64,000 nt of DNA, taken from positions 1 to 64,000 of the forward strand of contig JALAGF010005397.1 of assembly GCA_030167865.1 (NCBI GenBank). Direction: 5' to 3'. Made by a program: the position numbers and the translations under genes. A model generated the notes under the pieces. That model was not told the origin of the DNA, made no database searches, and saw nothing but the letters and a program-made list of their open reading frames with translations. Source of the DNA: Craspedostauros australis. Taxonomy: Eukaryota. Positions 49,937 through 61,112 of this stretch are shown in pieces (within the stretch, counting starts at the first letter, position 1; every line of letters begins with the position of its first letter).

Positions 49937-51334
49937 ATGCTGACCATGACACCATCTCCCAACAACGACGGCGCCAAGCCAACAGCGCAACCTCGAACGA
50001 CAGCACGCCTTGTCAGCTTCGCCCTCATGGCGGTGGGGGCTGCGCTCGTCGTTCTCGCGGTCTCCTTCCACCAACCGCAACTTGCGGCAATCGACCACCA
50101 TGGCATCAATCGTGCTTTCTCGACAGACGGGTCACTGGCGCCGCGTGGGGAAGAAAGACACCTCGCGACGGATCAAGGTGCTGCCAGCGACGACCGTCAG
50201 CTCAAGAGCAATCCCCACCGTCCCGATGTGGGTGTGGAGATGGACCTCATCGTGGTGGTCGAGGACGAGGACGAGGATGAAGCTGGCGCTGAAGCTGAAG
50301 CTGGGGACGCCGACGACGAGAAGCAACGCGAGGAGGAGCAGCTCCTCGAGGCGATGAAGGCCCGCTTGCTGCCCGGCCGTTCGCTTGTCACGGAAGACCT
50401 GTCGGCGCATCGATACTCGCCAAACCAATTCCTCCATCTGCATCACATGAAGACGGGGGGAACGTCGCTGGACAACATGCTCAAGTGCATCATGGAGAAC
50501 GTGCGAAGAGTCCCGTTGGAACAGGACCACTACGATCGTTGTGGCGTCCCGCACATGACTTTACATGAGTGCTCCAAGATGCGGTGGGACAAATGCATCA
50601 GCGGCCAGAATCCGAGATGCCAAGCCGACGCGTCCGACGCCACCTTCCTCAGCTTCTGCGCCCCGCTGCGCCATCTTCCATTCTTCGGGTGGAATCAACA
50701 GATGGAAACCGCGGTGCACACGCGGGACTCGGCCGGCCAAGACGCTGGCTTTGCCGCCGTCACCGTGCTGCGCGACCCCGTGGCTCGCGTCTGGAGCATG
50801 TACCGCTTCAGGACCAAGGGTTGCTACCAATGCAAGCCGTTGTTGGAGGTCTACAAGGAAATCGACGACGGGGTCTCCGAGGCTTCGGAGATCTGCACGG
50901 TGCAGCTGTCCAACCACCTGGTTGCCAACCTCCTTTCCACCGAGTCTTCACTGGACGCAAGCGACGAGGACAAGGTGAAGGAGGCAATTCACAACATGCA
51001 GTACTTCTTCACGCTCATCGGCCTGACGGAGGAACTTCCCACCACGGTCGAGATGATGCACAAGGTCTTTCCTTGGACAGGCAACGTCACGGTGCTGGCC
51101 GACTTCCCGGTTGACGAGAAGAAGGCCCGGCTGCACACTTGCGACATGCCGCATGCAAACGCATCGCCCCAGAACAATCGCTGCGGTGCGGATGGGTCCC
51201 ATCTGGAACTCCCCAGCAAACCGGATGAAGAAACCCGCGCCGCCATCATCGCGCACAACCAGCTGGATATCCAGCTGTACGAAGCCGCGAAGACACACTT
51301 CCAGCGACAGAAGTCGATCCTGAAAATGAGATAA
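49937..51334 (+). CDS. Type II membrane sulfotransferase-family protein, paralog 2 (intronless)
   Basis: 465 aa. N-terminal TM LVSFALMAVGAALVVLAVSF; motifs FLHLHHMKTGGTS, TVLRDPVARVWSMY, IGLTE, NQLDIQLYEAA. Confidence 0.88.
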   Translation: MLTMTPSPNNDGAKPTAQPRTTARLVSFALMAVGAALVVLAVSFHQPQLAAIDHHGINRAFSTDGSLAPRGEERHLATDQGAASDDRQLKSNPHRPDVGVEMDLIVVVEDEDEDEAGAEAEAGDADDEKQREEEQLLEAMKARLLPGRSLVTEDLSAHRYSPNQFLHLHHMKTGGTSLDNMLKCIMENVRRVPLEQDHYDRCGVPHMTLHECSKMRWDKCISGQNPRCQADASDATFLSFCAPLRHLPFFGWNQQMETAVHTRDSAGQDAGFAAVTVLRDPVARVWSMYRFRTKGCYQCKPLLEVYKEIDDGVSEASEICTVQLSNHLVANLLSTESSLDASDEDKVKEAIHNMQYFFTLIGLTEELPTTVEMMHKVFPWTGNVTVLADFPVDEKKARLHTCDMPHANASPQNNRCGADGSHLELPSKPDEETRAAIIAHNQLDIQLYEAAKTHFQRQKSILKMR

Positions 51335-51572
51335 AGAACGTGGACTCTCTAGAGATTATTGGTCGGTGCAAACGGTATTATAGGAGTGATGCCAACTCCA
51401 TGGCACGGATACATACGTGAAATAGACTAAAATACTCTCGTTCGATCTTGTGGCATGTTCGATGCAACTGCTCTAGTGGTAGGTGCAAGTTCTTCAAACC
51501 CACTCCGGAGGATCGCTACAGCCGACCAACCATGCCGACAAGGACAATATCCCATACATACTGCTCACTCCC

Positions 51573-52847
51573 TCACGCCTCGGGAATAAAGACATCCGGC
51601 AACAGGATTGGATTTCGACACTCGCAACCAGTTTGCATGGTACCGCTATCATCCTTTTTTAGTCGCCCATCCATGGTCTCAACAGCGGCCGTGATGTCCA
51701 TTCCGGAGGGCTCTTGCTGTTGTAGAACATTGGCGTGGGATCCACCCCAGAGCACCAGCAACACACACCCGACACCATCGGTCGCCGTGAACGATTTGTG
51801 GATGGAGCCGACTTCGTTCACAAGCCAGTCGCCTGCCGAGAGCGTGTGAAACGACCAAGACCTTCGTGTGGCGGATAGGTCAGGACCGAGCAATTTTGGA
51901 TTGGGTGCCCTTGGTTTACAGTCGTCGCTGGATCCTGATGCTTGTGTGCGCTTGCTTTTGTTTCCATTGACACCGGAAACGGAGTCAGCGGAAGCATCGG
52001 CCTGCGCGTATCGCACGGCATCACGCAGAGCCCTCCCATCCATGCGAACTTCATACAAGGCCCCGTGCAAGCAGTACACCAGCTCCAAGTTCGGATGAGC
52101 ATGCAATTGGAACTGGCATGCTGGCCCGCAATGCATCAAACCCCACTGCAAAGAGCGTTGATTCGATTTGGAAGTCTGCAACAGTTCCAGCAAATCCTGG
52201 CCAACATTGTCCCCGCGGACTTCGGAAGGGTTGTCCTTGTCCTTGTTCGCCGTTCTACCGCCTATCGACTTGATGACCTCCTGCCACTTCTCGGTGATTT
52301 GACCCGCATCTGTCCTTGATAAGTTATGGTCAAAGTCTGGCGATGCTGGTTTTCGTAACGACGGTTCTGCGCGATGCTCTCCAAACGAGGTCGTCTGCGC
52401 CGAATCGGTGAACACCTCGTATCCGAACTTGCGCAACAGAGCGAGTCTGGCAGAAGCTTGCCATAGCTCAGCGTCGTTGTCGGCCTTTGCTCCATCGTCT
52501 TGCTCCGTGTTGTGGCCATGGTTGCGCCCGCTGTTTCCATGATCATCCCCACCATCGCCGACGTCATGGCTTCCGATCGTCCCGCCGGCGTCTCGGATGA
52601 ATTTCATCAGCTCCGTGCCATCGGGCCATCGTGTGGCATGATCGATGTTCACCGTATCCACAAGTGGGGTCACCTTCACGGAGCCAGGTTCTGGTATTGG
52701 AAATGGCATTGCACCACGAGGTAGTTCGGGTGTGGTGCCTGGAACGAGGAGTTTCCACGCTGTCTTCCTTCCTCTTCGGACAACTGTGGAATGCTTGCAC
52801 GATTTCGATGGTGCTGGGGTCGGTGGCACCTGCGTTGCTGCTTTCAT
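51573..52847 (-). CDS. Cupin-domain protein (RmlC/ChrR-like fold)
   Basis: First ATG at 52847. Cupin motif 1 FQLHAHPNLELVYCLHG and motif 2 LSAGDWLVNEVGSIHKSFT...GCVLLVLW. Confidence 0.72.
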   Translation of the reverse strand: MKAATQVPPTPAPSKSCKHSTVVRRGRKTAWKLLVPGTTPELPRGAMPFPIPEPGSVKVTPLVDTVNIDHATRWPDGTELMKFIRDAGGTIGSHDVGDGGDDHGNSGRNHGHNTEQDDGAKADNDAELWQASARLALLRKFGYEVFTDSAQTTSFGEHRAEPSLRKPASPDFDHNLSRTDAGQITEKWQEVIKSIGGRTANKDKDNPSEVRGDNVGQDLLELLQTSKSNQRSLQWGLMHCGPACQFQLHAHPNLELVYCLHGALYEVRMDGRALRDAVRYAQADASADSVSGVNGNKSKRTQASGSSDDCKPRAPNPKLLGPDLSATRRSWSFHTLSAGDWLVNEVGSIHKSFTATDGVGCVLLVLWGGSHANVLQQQEPSGMDITAAVETMDGRLKKDDSGTMQTGCECRNPILLPDVFIPEA

Positions 52848-53173
52848 TTCGGTTTGGGCAACATGCGCACACGATTCCTCGTTGATGATTCTCTTTTGTG
52901 GGAAATCTGTCGAATCCAATCTGGTTCAGGGTCTCAACAATCACCAAACTCCAACGAGCAGAGTCGCGGAACTACGCAACTGTTCAAGATTATGATGAGC
53001 ATCATTGCGCTGCTCGCTCTGTCTCAATACTCTCGTGGGCGACTGCAGCAGTTTAGAATGTATTTTACGTGGAGTATAGGTGTATTGTGGAGTCCACATG
53101 GCGCCGCGTACCCATTCATCCACCCTGCACTACTCGTATGAATACACCGTGTCTAATGCACTGTGTGTTACGA

Positions 53174-56100
53174 CTACTCTTTCGTCTCTGCCTCAACATC
53201 GAGCAAACCCAGCTGGTCCAGCATGAAGGAGTAGTCGTAGGCCAGTTCGCGAAGGTACTTGTAGCGGTCGCTGGCGCTGAAATGCCCAGCGCTCATGTCC
53301 ATCTTTAAGCACACTGGTCCCGAATCCTTTGAGGTGAGGTGGCGCAGGCTTGCCACGAACTTCGTTGGCTCCCAGTACTGGACGCGAGGGTCGTGCAGAC
53401 CGGCTGTCAGCCAACAGGCCGGGTACTTGGCGTCCTTCTTAATCGTCTTCATTGGACAGTACTCCATCATGTACTGGAAGTACTTGCTTTCGTTTGGATT
53501 TCCCCATTCTGTATCAGTAATCGTCCATCATTGGTATTATAGAAGAGTGTATCGCAATGCGAATAGAGCATATTGGTAAGAGGCCAGATCATTCCGCAGT
53601 CAAGACAGGATCGGCGTGTCCACAGCAGCAGCAGTGCCAAGCAAAAGAAGGCGCGTTAGAATGCAGAACACATGTCGAGTACGATAAAAAAACTGCTGTC
53701 CTTGGACCGAGATGCTCAGAAGCCAACGAAGAAGCCAGTCTGTGCTGCGAACCAAACCCAACCCCAAGACGGTGCACAGATCACCAGCAAACCAAGCCAC
53801 ATGATGATGATGATGATATCCACGCATGCAGCATTCATGGAGGTCTTTTCCATCTGCCTCCTACTTGAAGGCTGAAGAGAGCCCTGCGCAAACACTGGGC
53901 AGGACAACACAACGGCAATCCAGCACACCACACCACGCCACACGACATCACTTACCAACCCACTCTCCTGGCGTCAGCGGGATCGAGGCATCAATCATGG
54001 TGTTGACGACGTCCACGAAAGGCACGCCGAGCATGGCGACCTTGAACAGATCAGGTGCCTGGTTGATCGAGGAGCCGATGAGCATCCCCCCTGCGCTTCG
54101 CCCTTCGCAGGACATCAATTCCGACGTCGTCAGCTTCTTCTCATTCACCAACCATCGCCCAACGTCCACAAAGTCATTGAACGTGTTCTTCTTGCAGAGG
54201 TACTTTGCGCCGTTGGGGGCCTCATACCAAGGGCGGCCCATTTCCGCGCCACCACGAATGTGAGCGAGCACGTAGATCATGCCACGATCGAGCAAGGGCA
54301 GCCTGGTGGCACGGAAGCTTGCCTCGACGCAGATCCCATAAGATCCGTATCCGTACAAATGCAGCGGGACGGGCGTTCCCCCAACAGCCTTCTCCATCAC
54401 GTCCTTGCGGTAGACGATGCTGACGGGGATCTCAGTCTTTCCATCGCGTGATGTTACAGTGATGCGGTCGCATCCGTAGTGTTCCTTCTTGTAGCCGATG
54501 ACCTTCTTCTCCTTCAACACGGTGCGGTCGTCTTGCGGGTTGGTCAATGACACGAGGAGGTGCTGTGTCGGAGTGACGAGAGAGTCATACGCAATCGCAA
54601 CGTGCGTAGTCTCAAAGTCCGCGTTGCTGGACAAGCCGACATCGTGCGCGGGCTCGTCGAAGGTGAGCATCTCCATTGCTTTGGGTTTGGTTTTCGTTTC
54701 TACGTCGAAGGACAGGATCCAAACTCTGGGAATGCCACCTTCTCGACCTCCCAAACAGATGTGCGTGTCGAAGATCTGGACGCCTTCCAGGGACCGTCCG
54801 TGGCCGCCATCGAAGAGCGGGGTGTCATCTGCTGCTTTTGGGTCTGTTACGACCTTCCAGTCATCGGCGCTCTCGGATTTGACGGGGCTGGTGAAAAGCC
54901 TCATGTTCGGCGTACCTCCAACGTTCGAAGTGATCCAGAACTGGCCGTGCCTATGGTCGACATCGTACAGCACCTTGTCTCGGCGGCTTGCGACGCATTG
55001 CAGCGTGGCCGCAGGGTCGTTGAGGTCCAGGTAGTGAGCCTCTGACGTTTCTGTGGATCCAAACTCCAAGAAGAGGAACTTGCCGTCCTTGGACTTCGAA
55101 ACGTAGCCGTAGAACAGATCGTCGTTGTCTTCGAAAAGCATGGTATCCGGGGAATCGGACTTGAGATCCTTCTTCCACAGCTGGTATGGGCGTTGATTTG
55201 GATCCAGCCGCATGTAGTACAGGATCGTATCGTCGGCACCCCAAACTAGGTTCCCGCTAACTTCGAACTTCTCATCCTCGAACAGGATCTCCTTCGTCTC
55301 CAGATCCTGGACGATCATCTCACAGATCTCATTGCCTGTGTAATCGATGGAGTACGCCAGCAGCTTTTGAGACGGTGACGTCCGTGCCTCACCCAAAGCG
55401 CAGTAGGCCTTGTCCTTGCCTAGTTCGTTGACATCGAGATAGACCTGCTCTCCTTCCAAAATCGGCTTGTCGGCTGTTCCGTCCCATTCGATGCTTCCGA
55501 GTTCGGACGACGTCATCGGGGCTCTACAGTAGGTCGTGTAGGACTTGCCCTCGAAGGTTCGAGTGTAATACCAGTACTTGCCACCCTTCGGACGTGGAAC
55601 TGTGTAGTCGGTTTCCTGGATGGAGCTTTTGAGCTCTTCATAAATGGTGTCCTTGATCGCGGAGAGGTGCTTCGTTTGAGCTTCCGTGTAGGCGTTTTCG
55701 GCCTTGAGCAGGTCCAGCATCTCTGGGTTGGTGCGTTTGTCATCTCGGATCCATCCGTATGGATCAGGAACGGCCACCGGCGGATCCATGAGCTTCTCGG
55801 TCGACGTGTCGGATTGGCGTGGGACCTTGGGATCCCACCCCTCAGGGGCCACACCTGCGTACACGACGCGATCCTCGTCGCGTCTTGCGACCGGAGGGAT
55901 CGGCGCATCGCCCGCAGCAGCGGCGTCTGCCGTGGCTCCTGTTGATGCTGTGGAGGCCATTGTCAACGCTGTAGACACTGTAGAGACTGTGGATGCGATC
56001 GAACGCGGAGAGGATCGGCGCAACGCAGAAAGCACGAATGCGTTGCGGTGCGCGGCCCTGCTGCTACCGAGTGGGAGTCTGTGGATTGGTGCTAATGCAG

Positions 56101-56239
56101 CGACGTTGCGTGGCAGAAGCAGGCACGTAGATGACAGAATGGTGATGATGGCGATGGCGGCAGTGCTGGCACTGAAGATGGAAGCAGCAGCCGGGGTTCT
56201 GCTCGTAGTTGTTTGTTTGTTCAAGTTTGTGTGCAGCAT
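53174..56239 (-). CDS. ptrB: Oligopeptidase B (protease II, S9A), paralog 1, probably plastid-targeted, 2 exons
   Basis: Exons 56239-53956 and 53508-53174 (872 aa). Motifs DPYGWIRD, LYGYGSYG, HIRGGAEMG, KKNTFNDF; catalytic triad in GRSAGG / HDPRV / AGHF; EWV|EWGNP. Presequence ends VAA-LAP. Confidence 0.92.
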
Positions 56240-56883
56240 TGCAGGAAGTTGTTGATGCGGAGCAACGTACGACTACGCTTAGCGCAAGTATAGCTCGTAC
56301 TCTGTTCTTGTTCGGGTGGTGACAGGCTGATGTGTCTCCCCTTCTCCTTGGTTCTTTTGTGGTCGCATGGGGTGTTGTTCTGCCTGGAGAGATCCAACCA
56401 AGCACAGCGGCAGATCTTCGCAACGCGCATCTCTCCCCTCGCATCGATGTCTCTCCTCGGATTTTGACACACCCGTATCTTGTTCTTGGATTTTTGGTCG
56501 AGCGAGTCATACAGCTACCTGGTGGCAAGCTGTCCAACGAGGTTACTCAACGCGAGACCAGACTGCGCATAGCACTTCGGGCCCAGGTGGACACCAAGAC
56601 TAGTAGTCGTAAGTACACCGGGGATGAACGTCATTAGCATTCAAAGGTACACTCGCACTTGCACGATACATACTATACGTGTGTACAAAGAGTACCATGT
56701 TCATGTAACTTTAACGGCCCACCAGGAGTGTACGTAAGTACTAGCTGCGATGAGAGTGCTGCACTATCCGCACAGTCGTCTACTGCAGTCGTCTGCTATT
56801 ATACATTACATATAGTGCATGGCACGTTGCATGTACATACGTAGAGGAGGTTGCCTCCGTGTCTCCTTGAGCGTGACCGCTGA

Positions 56884-59864
56884 CTAAACTTGGGCCAGAC
56901 CAACCTCATTCAAGAGGAAAGCGAAATCAAAGGCCTTTGATTCCAGGTACTTGTAGCGGTCGCTCTGGCTGAAGTGACCGGCACTCATCTCCACCTTGAG
57001 ACAGACGGGGCCGGAGTGCTTGCCCTGCTCGTGTCGCAAGGTTTGCGCCATCTTGGTCGGCTCCCAGAAAGCCACGCGTGGATCGTGCAGACCACCCAAA
57101 AGCAAAATGCTGGGGTACTTTGCATTCTTCTGCACATTGTTCATCGGCGAGTAACTCATCATGTACTCGAAGTACTTCTTTTCGTTGGGATTGCCCCATT
57201 CTGACGCACCCTCCCAGGAAATGGACCAATCGCGCGGCAGCAGCATGTGTGAGTCTACCGGTACTTGTATGTGGACAGGTGTTGAAAAAATTGCTGGAAT
57301 GTTGAACATATGCGTCCGCCATCTCCGCTGCCGAACTGCACCGGACAGGCAGACATAAACTTTCGACTCCGGCCAACGCACAACTTCTGTAGCTCCAGAG
57401 CGGCCCGCACGAATAAGCATACGATTCACGGACCAACTTTCGCACGGGAACAGCAAAGCAGCGCGCACTACAGCGTTGTTTTGCTTGCTGCTCATTGACT
57501 CGTACCTTCCCATTCGCCCGCGGTGAGTGGAATGGACGCATCGACCATGGTGGCCATCAGATCGACGAAAGGGACGCCCAAAATCGCCATGCGGAACAGA
57601 TCCGGGGCTTGGTTGATGGATGCGCCGATCGTCATGCCACCTGCGGAACGCCCTTCGCACGAAAGCAACTCCGGCTTGGTCCATTTCTTCACTTCGACAA
57701 GCCATTTGGCGACGTCAATGAAATCGTTGAATGTGTTCTTCTTGCAAAGGTACTTGCCGCCGTCCGGTTCCTCGTACCATTGCCGTCCCATCTCGCCTCC
57801 ACCTCGAACATGGACGACCACGTACACGATGCCACGATCGAGCAAAGGCAGGCGAGATGGGGAGAAGCTGTCCTCGATGCTCACACCGTAAGTTCCGTAT
57901 GCGTACAGGTGGAAATGAACCTGCTTGCCGTGATCCCTTGCTTGATCCATCACATCTTTGCGATACACGAGAGAGATGGGAATCTCAGTGTGACCATCAC
58001 GCGAAGGCACCGTGATTCTGACGCTCTCGTAGTTGTCTTGAATATAGCCTTCGACCATCTTCTGCTTGATGACCTCGCGGTCCGCCTGAGGCTGCTTCAG
58101 CGATACTTTAATGTATTGGTGCGGGGACACCAACGATTGATAGCCGATGATAATGAACTTTGCCTTGTATTCCCAATTGGCTGCAAGAGAAACATCATGG
58201 GCAGCCTCGTCAAACTCCAGTCTACCTAAGCTCGCGACGTTCATTGTCTTGGTTACTCTGAGTACCCATATACGCGGAATGCCACCCTCTCGGCCTGAAA
58301 GGACGACGAACAGTTCAGACACCTCTAGGCTGTTGATCGCAATCTCTGCGGAGCCATCTGTGATTGGTCCATTCTTGTCGGGGTGCTTCGCGAGCTCCCA
58401 GTTGCCGTATTGGTCTCCCACCTTGTCGTTGCCGCCATCTTTCTCAGGATCCGACAGCGGTGCCGTGTACACTTGCAAGTTCGGTGTACCGTCCTTATTG
58501 GAGAGGATCCACCAATACCCGTTGCGGTGTGCCGCAGAGTAAATGACGCCTTCATTGCGTGGTGAGATGCATTCCAACTTCGCGCCTGCGGTGGTGAGGT
58601 CCAGATAGTGCACTTCCGAGGTTTCCGTTGAATCGACGGCCACCATGAGGTATTTGTCGTCCAGTGACTTCCAATGCCCCATCCAGAACAGCACGTCATT
58701 CTCCTCCAAAATCAGATCGTCGTTGTTTTCTGACTTTCCACTCTCCGCTTCCGCCGCTGCGCCCGCCGACGTGCCAGTGTTATTGCCAGCGCCATTGCCC
58801 GTGCCACTGTCGCTGTTGCCGCTGTTTCCATCTGTAGAAGCCGAGAGGGTTTTGCGGTAAAGGCGGTTCGGTCTTTGGGCGTCGTCGATACCGAGGTAGA
58901 AGACAGTGTCGTCATCCGCTCCCCATTCGACAGTGGAGGAGATGCGCATGTCGTCATCTTCAAAGATGACCGTGTCGGTCTCCAGATCATGGACGACAAG
59001 ATGGTACACTTCGTTGCCGACGAAGTCCGCCGTGTACGCGAGGCGTTTCTGGGACGGCGAGATGGAGAGCGATCGGATCCCGCAGCTCGCCTTTTCTTCG
59101 CAGACCACATTTTCGTCAAGGTAAACCTTCTCGCCCTTCAGCAAGGGGGATTGCGGCAGCGCATCCCATGCTTCCAACGTTTCCGCAAGATGGTCGTTTT
59201 CCTTGACGGGCGCGCGGCAATGCAGTGGATACGGCTGGTCTTTGACGACGCGCCGATAGTAGTAGTAATCGCGATCGGCGATGGGCAACGATGCATCCGT
59301 TTCATCCACGTAGGAAAGGAGTTCGTCGTAGATCTTCTTACGGAGTTGCTTGAGATGCTTCGTCATGTACTCGGTGTAGTTGTTCTCTGCGTGAATGTGA
59401 TCGAGCACTTCGGGATCTGATCTGGTGTCATCGCGCAGCCATCCGTATGGGTCGTCGATCGCCAATGGAGGGTCAAGTAGAGGCTCCTGCGAAGTCTCGG
59501 CCTGCCTCGGAATGCTCGGATCCCAGCCATCGGGCGCAACGCCTGCGTAGAACACTCGGTCTTCTTCGCGACGTGCCACCGGTGGGCTGACCTTGCCGTT
59601 GTTCTTGTTTCGACCGGAATTGGGCGTCGGCTTCGAGGAACCCTTCGTCCCCGTTTGGTGATGATCACCGACGAAGCCCGGGTACAGATAACCGACCGTC
59701 CACCCCATCGCAATCAACGCCATCACCCATACTCCCAGCAGCTTCGAGCACCACGATCGGCCCAGCAGCCACGTTGAAGCGACCTGTCGACGACGCCGTC
59801 CCTCCGACGATGCGCGTGAGGTCAGAGGCTCCTCGTCGTCAAAGTTGTCTTGGTACGGAGCCAT
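56884..59864 (-). CDS. ptrB: Oligopeptidase B (S9A), paralog 2, with N-terminal signal-anchor, 2 exons
   Basis: Exons 59864-57506 and 57200-56884 (891 aa). Intron at the same position and phase as in paralog 1; triad intact (GRSAGG, HDPRV, AGHF). TM LLGVWVMALIAMGWTVGYLY follows an RRRR-containing N-terminal tail. Confidence 0.9.
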
Positions 59865-61112
59865 GGTTGCTTGCGATGCTGGTTGTGCCAATGCTGATAC
59901 TCTTGCGAATGCAGTTGCGAATGCAATTGCAATTATTGTACCTTCCACAGCGTTGCTTGTTTCAATTGGGAGGATGGTACTATGCGACTACACGTACTCT
60001 ACTATTATGGTATGGCGCCATACGCATGTGTTGTGCAATGACGGCAGAGCACCACGTTTGTCTTTCGCGACAGGATACCCAAACAGGGCGTGCGTGTTCC
60101 CCCCTGCGACAAACGAGAACGCGATCCGTTTCGCTGCTGTTCGCTTTCGTTCTGCTCTTTTGTTTGTTTGGCGAAGATCTCGTTTGCTGCACAGGACTGG
60201 AACGTGGGCGATGCAGTGCACGGCATCGTTCTGTACTTACTACTTGTACGAGTATGTACGTATGTAGTGAGGGCATACTAATGCGGGACGCGATATAGCA
60301 GTAGGTACTGCATTCTATTATATTATACTCAGAGTAGTGCGCACTCTCACTTGCACAAAGGTTGTCGTCGAAGAGCGCGTGGCACAAGATACTCTGCAGT
60401 AAGAATAGACTCCAAGCAGCAATGCGAGGCTGCCATGGCGACTCCACAAACGTCTGTTGGGGCTCGTTCACTGAACCGGACTGGATTCTGCCTTCTTGAT
60501 TTGTTCCGTGCCGCGAACTCGAGAGCGCCAGGACTGCACGTTTTCGCGGGAGAATCATAGAAATATGGCACCGCAGGCAGGGATACCACTCGTGCATTTA
60601 ATCGAAGATTGTAGAGTAATGTGCCTCGTGGTGATCAATCTGTCCCGTAATTTGCGTTTCTCCAATACTCGTATGGGTGGCCCTTGTGTGGGTGCTCGTC
60701 TTTGTTGGCATCGCATATGCATGGTACGAGCGCTCGTACTATGCGCACTCGTGAGCAGGAGTACTCTTCCACAGTACATTCAGAGGAAAAGCGTGCGAAG
60801 GATTTGCTGCGCACTGAGGGCGGAGGCTGGAATGCTGATTGCCTCGGCGGCCCTTCTTGGCCATTGTCGAAGCGCGGTTTGAATCATTGGGCGCTCGCTG
60901 GCACCCTATCTATTGGTACTCCGGCAGACCTATCGCTCGTAGCTGCGCGCATACGAAACCAGCGAAACCTTGTGTCTTGGCACCTTGGGGCACATGCCGA
61001 TGCCCATGCCCATACCAATTCCCGTACCCTGCTGATGATCATGCGGGCTGTATCTCCAAGGATGCCTGTGACAGCCCAAAAATATCGCTCGCTCGCTTGT
61101 TAGTTCGCTGAT

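Noticed and set aside
59865..59948. Apparent signal peptide (IIAIAFATAFARVSALA) upstream of oligopeptidase B paralog 2
   Set aside because: It begins at GTG with no in-frame ATG before the upstream stop, and the hydrophobic run derives from short TTGCGAATGCA-type repeats.
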